Origin: Spirochaetota bacterium
Lineage (GTDB): Bacteria > Spirochaetota > UBA6919 > CBDBPB01
Assembly: GCA_965208615.1 (NCBI GenBank)
Contig: CBDBPB010000002.1
Coordinates: forward strand, 96,001-160,000
Reading direction: 5' to 3'
DNA length: 64,000 nucleotides
The notes below the pieces were generated by a model. It worked only from the letters and a program-made list of their open reading frames with translations. It did no database searches and was not told the origin of the DNA. Each line of letters begins with the position of its first letter. Positions within the stretch are counted from its first letter, which is position 1. The position numbers and the translations under genes are program-made. Shown here piece by piece: positions 10,543 through 19,469 of this stretch.

Positions 10543-11157
10543 ATGACTTTACCTAAGTTATACCTCATAACCGATAGAACCCTTTGTAAGAATATCTTTT
10601 ACACTATTGAACAGGCTCTTATTGCTGGTGTCAGGATGATACAGCTTAGGGAGAAGGATTTATCATCGGCTGAGCTTTATAATATGGCGTATAAGATGAG
10701 GGAGCTAACCAATAAGTATAATGCCATGCTTATAATAAACGATAGGGTGGATATTGCTTTATCCGTTGATGCTGATGGCATTCATGTTGGGAAGGATAGT
10801 TTGAGTATACCTATTATAAAAAATGTGCTTTATAGGGCTAATAAACAGCTACTTATTGGTTATTCTGCTCATTCTCTAAAAGAAAGCATTATGGTTGAGG
10901 ATCATGGTGCAAACTGGATAACATTTAGTCCTATTTATTATACTAGGTCTAAGATGCTTTATGGTAGGCCTCAGGGGATAGATAGATTAATTGAGATTAC
11001 ATCTAGGATAAGTATACCGGTTTATGCTCTTGGAGGGATAAACAATTTTAACGCTGTTGAGGTTTCTAAGGTTGCCTATGGTATTGCTCTTATTTCTCAG
11101 ATAATCGGTTCTACGGACCCTAAACATAGTGCAGAAGAGATGTTAGACATTATTTAA
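10543..11157 (+). CDS. thiE: Thiamine phosphate synthase
   Basis: LYLITD, IQLREK, INDRVD and ALGGI. A TenI-like paralogue cannot be fully excluded. Confidence 0.85.
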   Translation: MTLPKLYLITDRTLCKNIFYTIEQALIAGVRMIQLREKDLSSAELYNMAYKMRELTNKYNAMLIINDRVDIALSVDADGIHVGKDSLSIPIIKNVLYRANKQLLIGYSAHSLKESIMVEDHGANWITFSPIYYTRSKMLYGRPQGIDRLIEITSRISIPVYALGGINNFNAVEVSKVAYGIALISQIIGSTDPKHSAEEMLDII

Positions 11158-11261
11158 TATATCATACTAATTATTCTAAAATAGCTTATAATACTTTTGA
11201 CCTATACTATTATAACAATTAATAATACTTCTATATAAACTTTTTATATAAATAGTAATAA

Positions 11262-11894
11262 TTAGAATTCTTTAAGAAGTGCCTTCCTAACCCTTATATC
11301 ATTACGAAACTCTTTTTGAAAGTCCTTTTTTACCTTTTCAAAGTCATCAATAAGCGTAGTCTTGGTTATACTATAAAACTCATTATGGTCAAACTTAAGA
11401 GTACCTATATATACAGCTTTGTCATTAGGCTTAATCTTAACCATAGCCCTAATAGGAATTATAAGTTTGTTCGTATTTAAATTCCGAGTACCCTTATTAA
11501 CATACTCACACTCCTGTAAGATAAACATCTCAAGTATATAAAAAGATTTTCTTTTAAACTTGATATAAAAATCATTGTTAAGCCTAGCAATAATCCTATT
11601 AGTAAAATAGAATCCCATAGATGAATTATAAGTTTTTTCTGTAGGAGGATCTTGTATTTTTTCATCAATCCAAATATGAATCTTATCTTTAAACTCGTAA
11701 GGAAAACAATTACGAGAGTCGCTAATATTATAAAAGCTATCCCCAAGAGGAGGGTCAAAAATAATCTTTCCAATAACTAAAACTTCATTATCCTTTAAGT
11801 TGGAATCTTTCTCAAAATGTTCAACTTTATTAGGTAAGCTTGAACAACCCATAAATACTAATAAAACTAAACATATAAACTTTATCTTATTCAT
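11262..11894 (-). CDS. Hypothetical lipoprotein
   Basis: Signal peptide MNKIKFICLVLLVFMG-C; C-terminal AVYIGTL. Confidence 0.7.
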   Translation of the reverse strand: MNKIKFICLVLLVFMGCSSLPNKVEHFEKDSNLKDNEVLVIGKIIFDPPLGDSFYNISDSRNCFPYEFKDKIHIWIDEKIQDPPTEKTYNSSMGFYFTNRIIARLNNDFYIKFKRKSFYILEMFILQECEYVNKGTRNLNTNKLIIPIRAMVKIKPNDKAVYIGTLKFDHNEFYSITKTTLIDDFEKVKKDFQKEFRNDIRVRKALLKEF

Positions 11895-11898
11895 AAAA

Positions 11899-12480
11899 CT
11901 AACCTTCAGTTTTTAAATTATCAGTAATCATTTTAATTTGTTTAGAATACTTATTCTTATCCATTTTTATAAACATAGTCCTTAACCTAATTAATAGATC
12001 CTTCTTTGATGGATTGGTAATAGTTATAAGGTCATAATCACTTCTTTTGTTTTTTAACATTACATATCTATATGAACCCATAAAATAAATACCAGGCTTT
12101 TTAACTCTTATAGCAGTTTTATTTTCACTAATAGAAAAATTATATACATAACTACCAAATTCCAAAGTCTCTTGAATAAAATCATAAGAGTAAAACTCCT
12201 CAATCTGATAAGGTCCAGGCTTAACTACAGAACTATACCAAAATAAATTACCTTTATCTATCTCAAAATCAAGATATATCTTTGGCTTAAAAGGATATCT
12301 ACGAGCATGTATACCAGTTAGCTCTTTTCCAGGTGCATTTTTCATATCAATATAACCAAAAATAAGGGAACTCTTAAGAGAACTATTAGTATTATGAGAT
12401 TCCTTTTTAGACACAGAATTACTGCAGTCAATAATAAAAAACGCCGCTATTAGTATTATAACTATTAGTCTGAAATACAT
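11899..12480 (-). CDS. Hypothetical exported protein or lipoprotein
   Basis: Hydrophobic N-terminus ending IIDC; KPGIYFMGSY motif; 4 bp upstream of the next gene. Confidence 0.65.
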   Translation of the reverse strand: MYFRLIVIILIAAFFIIDCSNSVSKKESHNTNSSLKSSLIFGYIDMKNAPGKELTGIHARRYPFKPKIYLDFEIDKGNLFWYSSVVKPGPYQIEEFYSYDFIQETLEFGSYVYNFSISENKTAIRVKKPGIYFMGSYRYVMLKNKRSDYDLITITNPSKKDLLIRLRTMFIKMDKNKYSKQIKMITDNLKTEG

Positions 12481-12581
12481 TTTATCTCCAAAATAAGTAA
12501 AACTATACTTAATAGTTTATCTATTAGGATTCTCACATTTTTATAGCTAAAAACTTACTAAAAGCCAAGTAAATAGTTAAT

Positions 12582-12756
12582 ATTAGACATACTTTAAAAA
12601 TATGCCTAAGCTTATATTTAATAGATAATAACTTAAGTATTCTAATATGTAAAACCTTGCCCTACAGATAACGTCAATCTATAAAAGTTTAACAATTTAA
12701 ACTAGTTCTCTTTTTCAAAGAGATGTAAAATACATTTATCTGAAGTTATATGTTTT
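12582..12756. repeat. Degenerate, internally deleted copy of the adhesin-cassette leader element
   Basis: Collinear motifs attagacatacttt, tacagataacgtcaat (15/16 to 18159-18174) and caaagagatgtaaaatacat (19/20 to 18425-18444), followed by gttatatgt. Confidence 0.6.
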
Positions 12757-12881
12757 ATCATAAGATATATACTTTTTAATCGACCTACTAAGAAATTAAA
12801 ATAATATTTTTTTTATTATAAAAAAAGTGTTTACTATTGTTAACTCGATCTTAAAATAAGATTAAATGAGGGTATAAAGTT

Positions 12882-14699
12882 ATGAATATTATTAGAATAG
12901 TTCTTTGTTTTGGACTAATTGGCATACTACAATGCAATACCAGTAAGGTTAATTCAAAACAAAAAAAAGTTATAAGTGGTAATAAACATCTATTTGAACA
13001 GCTTGTTAAAGAAAAAGATGGATCAAAAACAAATATAGAATACATAAATAGAGAAGGAATTATTAGAACCGATGTAATTGTAACTAATCCTATTACCAAT
13101 GTTAGCGTTAGAGACTTTAATGTTAGAATAACTCAAATTGATAATAGTAGATTTCCAGAGGTTACCCTACTAGTAAGCGTAACTGATAAATATGGTAATC
13201 CCCTTATTGTTAGCAATAAAGACTACTTTCAGATTGAAGAGCATGGTTTACCTGTTAAGAAAGATAATATTATAAGAATTATCCAAAAGAAAGATATAAA
13301 TGAAAAAGCAAATAAAATACCACTAAATACTGTACTCGCAATAGATAAAAGCGGTTCTATGAATGGAGGGCTAACCGAAGAAGAAAAACAACCTTTATGG
13401 TTTGCTAAAAGGGCCGCTGTTGACTTTATAAATAAGGTAAAGGATGATGATCTTGTTAGAGTTATAGCTTTTGATGGTGATATACACTCCCTAGGGTCAA
13501 ATAAAGAGGCTGTATCAATGATAGACCTGCTAAAACCTAAAGGTTCAACCGCCTTATATGGAGCATTATTTATTGGAGTTAAAAAGCTTGAACTTGGATC
13601 TGGTATAAAAGCTATGATATTATTGAGCGATGGTAGAAATGATACAAGGGGTACTGTTAGTAATACAATAAAGAAGATTACCTTGCAATATGGTATACAT
13701 GCGGCTGAACAGTTTGCTATTCCTGTTTTTACGATAGGCTTTGGACAAGACTTTGATGAATATACCTTAAGGAAAATCGCTAATGATACTCATGCACTAT
13801 TCTTTAAAACCGCTAATAAAGAAGAAATAAATAAACTATATACGCAAATAAGACAAATTATTACTACTCAATATTTAATTACTTATAAGTCTGAGTCATT
13901 AGAAGCAGTGACTAATGTTACCGCAAGACTTGGTAAATATGAAGATCACAGACAGTTCATCACTCCGGAACACGTTATTGAGAGAGAAAAAAAACTTATA
14001 AAAGAAATTAATATTGTTGCCAAAGAAAAGTTCCGCTTGGGAAAGGCCAATGAGGATATAAATAAACAGATTGCTAACCTTAATCATAGAATGAAGGAAT
14101 TGGATAAAAAAATACTTATACTAAAAGAAAAAGAGGATCTACTATCTTTAACCTCTAATAAAATAAACGAAAGAGAAAGTAGGCTAATTAGTTATAATAA
14201 AAGTATTAAAGAACTAGAAAATAAGACTAACGAAGATAAAATTAAGCTAAAACAAGAAAAGCAATATCTGGATAATATAAAATCCCAGCTAAATGAAAAT
14301 AAAATCAGACTGGAAGAAAGAAAGGAAGCATTAGCACAACGTGAAAAAGATATTGATAATAAAACTAATCAGCTAAATAATAAAGAAAATGGTTTAGAAC
14401 AAAAGCTATCAAAACTGGATCAAAAAGAAAATAAAATTAAAGAAGAAGAAGCAAGAATCACCCAGCTAAAGGCTATGCTAGAAAGCAAAGAAATTGAGTT
14501 AAATAGCAAATTAAAAAAGAACGAAAAAATAGAAGTTAATCTTGAAAAAGAAAACAAAGAAATTAAGCTAAAACAACAAAAACTAAATGAACTAAAAAAA
14601 CTAATAACTAGCCTATTAAAGCAGATAAAAGTAGAATATGAAGAGTCAATTGATGACCTAGTAAAACAAAAAAAAGAATTGGATACAATTAAACCTTAA
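12882..14699 (+). CDS. Exported VWA-domain protein with a long C-terminal coiled coil
   Basis: Signal/lipobox ILQC; MIDAS DKSGSM, GSTALY, LLSDG and TIGFG; about 240 aa of K/E-rich coil. Confidence 0.8.
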   Translation: MNIIRIVLCFGLIGILQCNTSKVNSKQKKVISGNKHLFEQLVKEKDGSKTNIEYINREGIIRTDVIVTNPITNVSVRDFNVRITQIDNSRFPEVTLLVSVTDKYGNPLIVSNKDYFQIEEHGLPVKKDNIIRIIQKKDINEKANKIPLNTVLAIDKSGSMNGGLTEEEKQPLWFAKRAAVDFINKVKDDDLVRVIAFDGDIHSLGSNKEAVSMIDLLKPKGSTALYGALFIGVKKLELGSGIKAMILLSDGRNDTRGTVSNTIKKITLQYGIHAAEQFAIPVFTIGFGQDFDEYTLRKIANDTHALFFKTANKEEINKLYTQIRQIITTQYLITYKSESLEAVTNVTARLGKYEDHRQFITPEHVIEREKKLIKEINIVAKEKFRLGKANEDINKQIANLNHRMKELDKKILILKEKEDLLSLTSNKINERESRLISYNKSIKELENKTNEDKIKLKQEKQYLDNIKSQLNENKIRLEERKEALAQREKDIDNKTNQLNNKENGLEQKLSKLDQKENKIKEEEARITQLKAMLESKEIELNSKLKKNEKIEVNLEKENKEIKLKQQKLNELKKLITSLLKQIKVEYEESIDDLVKQKKELDTIKP

Positions 14700-14703
14700 C
14701 TTT

Positions 14704-16341
14704 TTATTTATCTGTGATAATTTGTGGAGAAGCTCCATAAAGTTCTCCCTCGGTTAATAAATACCTGAAATATGCTATAAAGCTATAACAATAACTTATA
14801 GCTTGAGAAGAGTTTGTTCCTTCCAATCTTTTTTTGCCGTCGATGGTATCAAAATATAGTTTTTCACTACTATTTTGCGTTACAGAATCACTATTGTTAA
14901 TCCAGGATAGTATTTTTTCAAGTTTTTTAGTTATGTCTGTTAGCCTTACACGGATAATATTACTAATTCTGGTTTGATTATCTTCGAAGGTTAATAGCAT
15001 CTCATTCTTTTTATAAGTGGATAAGCTAGAATTAATTTCTATATCATTTATCTCTTTTAGTATAGTAGTATAATCTTTAATTAGGTCATGGCATGAGTTA
15101 ATGCCTAAGTATAGGTCGCTAAATTCTTTTTTAGTGTCAACCTTTTTTCCATCAAGAAGATCAATATTAAATTTTATTTTATTTGAGGTTAGGATAAAGG
15201 AGAACTCTTTTTCAAACTCTTCTAAAATAACATAAACTTTGAATATCTTATCGTTTTTATTAAAATAAGCTATATTTCCTTTATCTTTAACAGTTTCATT
15301 TGTATAGTCGAGTTTATCTATCCATTCTTTTCCTTCTTTAAGTGATTCTGGTAGTTCTTCTTGTTTTTTTTCTTTTAGTTTTTCTTCATCATTTTTGTTT
15401 GTGGATAATGATTTTTGTTTATTAGTTTTAGTTTTTTTTCTTTCTTTTATTGCCTGTTTAATACGATATTCAACTGTCTCACCTTCGTGTATATGCAATA
15501 GACCATATATTCTGCTTTGATCTTGGATATAAATATGTTCCATAAAGAGGTTAGAAATAGCATAGTGTAGTTTGTGAAGGCAGTTATGATAAATAATATC
15601 AATAGCTTTTTTTGATTTAGCCATATAATCTTTATAGCTTTGATCGTCTATAAGTTTTAAATCTTTTTTAATACTTAATGCTAGTTCAACTGCGTCTATA
15701 AGTTCGCTATAATAATGTCTAAATAAGTAAAGCCTACGATAAATCTTTTTTATAGGTTCTTCAATAGCAATAAAGTCAATATTTCCTATACTATTTTCAG
15801 CTATTTTAGAGAAATGTTTAACGTCCTCGGCATTATAAAGATGGCTAGATATTCTTAATAGTTCATATAGGTATATATTTTTTTTTATCATAAGAGTTAT
15901 AAAAGTTTTATATTTAGCTTTTTTGGGATTTAAAATAAATTTTATTACATTATCAAGGTAATATAGTTCAGTGTTTAATAGAGTTTTTTGTTCGTTAATA
16001 AAAGTTTCTTTAAACTGATCCCCAAAAATAGTTTTTACTCCAACAAAAGTCGAAGCCAAATAAAGTGCAAGCTTATCAAAGAAGCTGTTGTGAGCAATAA
16101 CTGGAACTCTATCTTCACTTTTTTGTTCTTCTTTATTTTCTTCACCTGCTAATTCTTTAAGTTTTCGTTTTTCTGATCCACCTATAATATGTTTACTATC
16201 TTTTACCTTTGTTTTTTTAACAGGAGGTTTAATAATCTTTCCACCATGATCAATAAATTTATCAAATAGTTTTTTTTGTTCTTTTTTATTGAGTTTATCA
16301 GCTCCAATTTGTTTATGCAGTTTATCAAATTCGTTTTCCAT
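14704..16341 (-). CDS. Hypothetical protein (545 aa, helical)
   Basis: Long ORF with an AGGA SD-like sequence upstream; no recognised motif. Confidence 0.7.
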   Translation of the reverse strand: MENEFDKLHKQIGADKLNKKEQKKLFDKFIDHGGKIIKPPVKKTKVKDSKHIIGGSEKRKLKELAGEENKEEQKSEDRVPVIAHNSFFDKLALYLASTFVGVKTIFGDQFKETFINEQKTLLNTELYYLDNVIKFILNPKKAKYKTFITLMIKKNIYLYELLRISSHLYNAEDVKHFSKIAENSIGNIDFIAIEEPIKKIYRRLYLFRHYYSELIDAVELALSIKKDLKLIDDQSYKDYMAKSKKAIDIIYHNCLHKLHYAISNLFMEHIYIQDQSRIYGLLHIHEGETVEYRIKQAIKERKKTKTNKQKSLSTNKNDEEKLKEKKQEELPESLKEGKEWIDKLDYTNETVKDKGNIAYFNKNDKIFKVYVILEEFEKEFSFILTSNKIKFNIDLLDGKKVDTKKEFSDLYLGINSCHDLIKDYTTILKEINDIEINSSLSTYKKNEMLLTFEDNQTRISNIIRVRLTDITKKLEKILSWINNSDSVTQNSSEKLYFDTIDGKKRLEGTNSSQAISYCYSFIAYFRYLLTEGELYGASPQIITDK

Positions 16342-16784
16342 AATGAGTTGTCCTATGTTTATGATATTAAAAAAGCTAAACTATAGTTGTAGATACTGTA
16401 ACATATAATTTTATAATAACAACTTTTCATTGCAAAAAAGTTTATTATATTATAATTTTATTATAAGTAAAAACCAATATAAAATTAGTAATTTATATAA
16501 AAGTTGTTAGATTTTATACTATATTATATTTAAATATTTTGATAGCTATAAAGAGTTAATTTCAGTCATATTCAAGGCATATAACCCATTTAAAATCCTC
16601 AATAATAAAGATAAAAATAATAAATAAACATCTTTTTGATAAGGTGAAGTTATTATTTTTTATTCATATTTTAATGTCTTTTATTTTAATGTCTTTTATT
16701 ATCAGGTTATATTTTAATAATTATAGTATTAAAGTTTAATAGTTTTCCGAAAATTAATTTTAGAAATTATGGAAAGGGATTCTT

Positions 16785-17874
16785 ATGATCATAAGTAGCA
16801 AAGGGAATAGATTAAATATTAGAGCTTTGTTTTCTTTAAACAAGATTTTTATATTTGTCTTTATTTTTTTTATGTTTGTGTTAACCATGTTATTCTTCTC
16901 TAAGGAAGTTTTATCTCAGGATAGACACAGAATAGATTTTTTAAATAAAAATATAGTCAAAGGTATTAATATAGGGGATAATTATTATAGTGAAGATAAT
17001 GAGAATCTTTTGTATGCCTTAGCTCGTTTTGAGTTGAAGAACAAACAGTTTTTAATTGACGATAATATTGTAGACTATAAAGGATATTTTAAACAGTTAA
17101 AGTTCCGGACTTATACAATTAAAAAGCGTGATACTCTTAGTAGTATTTCAAGGAAGTTTAATATAAATATTGCTACTTTAGTAAGTTTTAATAACATAGA
17201 GGTTGATAAGGCTTTAAGGATTAATAATCAGCTTTTTATTCCGAGTATGGATGGGATTTTATATTCTGTTAAAAAAGAGGATAGTTTAAGAGGTATTGTA
17301 AAGAAGTACTCAAAATATAATGTTAAGTTAGGCGACATAATTTATTTAAATAATATAGTAAATAACAAGATAATAGAGAAAGAGCGTCTTTTTATTCCTG
17401 GAGCAAAAATAGCTAAGAATCTTCTTATTAAGAAGTTAGAGCATACTTTTGCAATACCGGCAAAAGGTAGGATAACATCATTAGTGGGGATGAGGCCTAG
17501 TATTTTTAAGGGTCCCCAAAAAGGGTTATGAATTTCATCCAGGGGTTGATATAAAGGCCTATTATGGTTCACCTGTGAGGGCGGCCAAAAGTGGACGAAT
17601 AAAGTTAGCAGGTAGAGTTAAGGGATATGGAAAAGTAATTTTCATTAACCATGGTAATGGTTTACAGACTAGATATGGTCATTTATCCCGGATATTGGTA
17701 AAACGTGGAGAGAGGGTAAGGAAGAGGCAGGTAATTGGGAAGGTAGGCAGTACTGGCAATTCTACAGGTCCACATCTTCATTTTGAAGTGAGAAAGTATG
17801 GTAAGGTAGTTAATCTTACTCGTAAGTTTAAGGGATTAAGGTTAAAGCGTGGCGGATACTGGAAGTGGAATTAA
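16785..17874 (+). CDS. LysM-containing M23 peptidase (one frameshift near 17520)
   Basis: Two LysM repeats; after the shift, HPGVDI, RYGHLS and GSTGNSTGPHLHFEV. Confidence 0.88.
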
Positions 17875-17902
17875 TTTTATAATTTGTAGACATATTATAG
17901 TT

Positions 17903-18150
17903 TTTACTCATAGGGGATTAGGCATACTTTTTTTAGATTTACTGTGTGTTATCAAAGGTATTACTATGCTATTGTAAAGAGGTTTTGCTAGTTTACTTTT
18001 TATAATTGTTGTTTATTTATAGGGGATTAGGCATACTTTTTTTAGATTTACTGTGTGTTATCAAAGGTATTACTATGCTATTGTAAAGAGGTTTTGCTAG
18101 TTTACTTTTTATAATTGTTGTTTACTCATAGGGGATTAGGTATACTTTTT
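17903..18150. repeat. 109-bp tandem repeat, about 2.2 copies
   Basis: ataggggattagg recurs at 17910, 18019 and 18128. Confidence 0.92.
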
Positions 18151-19469
18151 TGAAGTTTTACACATAACGTCAATATCTAATATTTAAATAATCCGCTCTA
18201 CACCTTTATGGAACTGCAAATCCGTTAACACTTAATAAGGGTCTATAATCCTTAGTCTCAGTAAGGGATTCTTAATAGCTCCCGTAATGATGACTACTTG
18301 CATAAAAAGTGATATTTTGTGTTAATTACTAAGGCATTTAAACAGCACTTAAAGAGCATATAGGGATAACCTGCTTGACACAGGAAAATAACTTTTCCAT
18401 AAATATTTTAACTTTCCTGTTCCACAAAGAGATATAAAATACATCTGCCTTTACGTTATATGTCTTGCTTTTTACCTTGTAGACTTTGTCATAACTATGT
18501 CATAAAATGACAACTGAATTATTAAATAATATCCCTTTAGCCTTAACAAAAAATAAATATACTTACTCGTCTGACTTAAAGTCTAAGCGTACAAGTTTAT
18601 ATGCATGTCTATTTTCAACAACCTAAACTTGATGGAGTATCCGTTATACTAAACCATAAAAAAGAAAAACTATATTCCCTTTAACCTCAACAAAAAATAA
18701 ATATACCTACCAGCCCTAACTCAAGGTCTGAGCGTACAAGTTTATATGCATGTCTATTGTCAACAACCTAAACTTGATAGAGTGCCTGTTATACTAAACC
18801 ATAAAAAAGAAAAACTATATTCCCCTTAGCCTCAACAAAAAATAAATATACTTACTCGCCTGACTTAAAGTCTAAGCGTACAAGTTTATATGCATGTCTA
18901 TTGTCAACAACCTAAACTTGATGAAGTATCCGTTATACTAAACCATAAAAAAGAAAAACTATATTCCCCTTAGCCTCAACAAAAAATAAATATACTTACT
19001 CGCCTGACTTAAAGTCTAAGCGTACAAGTTTATATGCATGTCTATTGTCAACAACCTAAACTTGATGAAGTATCCGTTATACTAAACCATAAAAAAGAAA
19101 AACTATATTCCCCTTAGCCTTAACAAAAAATAAATATACTTACCCGCCTGACTTAAAGTCTAAGCGTACAAGTTTATATGCATGTCTATTGCCAACAACC
19201 TAAACTTGATGGAGTGCCTGTTATACTAAACCATAAAAAAGAAAAGCTATATTCCCCTTAGCCTTAACAAAAAATAAATATACTTACTCGCCTGACTCAA
19301 GGTCTGAGCGTACAAGTTTATATGCATGTCTATTGTCAACAACCTAAACTTGATGAAGTATCCGTTATACTAAATTATCACATATTATGTATAGGTATGG
19401 CAATTGGGAATATTAAAACCTCTTATTAAAATATAGCTATCCCCTTTGAAATAGGTTTAAGTACTTTTT
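18098..19469. repeat. Non-coding leader of adhesin cassette A (paralogous to 54810-55617)
   Basis: Near-identical to 54810-55617 apart from array copy number and scattered substitutions. Confidence 0.92.
18532..19374 (-). repeat. Tandem array of about six 144-bp units, each an inverted copy of the adhesin 3' end plus terminator
   Basis: gcgtacaagtttatatgcatgtc occurs at 18587, 18732, 18876, 19020, 19164 and 19308. The reverse complement encodes VVDNRHAYKLVRSDLESGE*, versus KVVKVGNTYKLVQSNLESGQ* at the end of gene B. Confidence 0.9.

Noticed and set aside
17964-17995. Inverted similarity between the locus-specific parts of the 109-bp and 175-bp repeats (tcttt.ca.t ... ctttgat)
   Set aside because: The match is too short and AT-rich to distinguish from chance by eye.
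18532-19374. CRISPR array
   Set aside because: Units are 144 bp and similar along their whole length, with no unique spacers and no cas genes; they derive from the adhesin 3' end.
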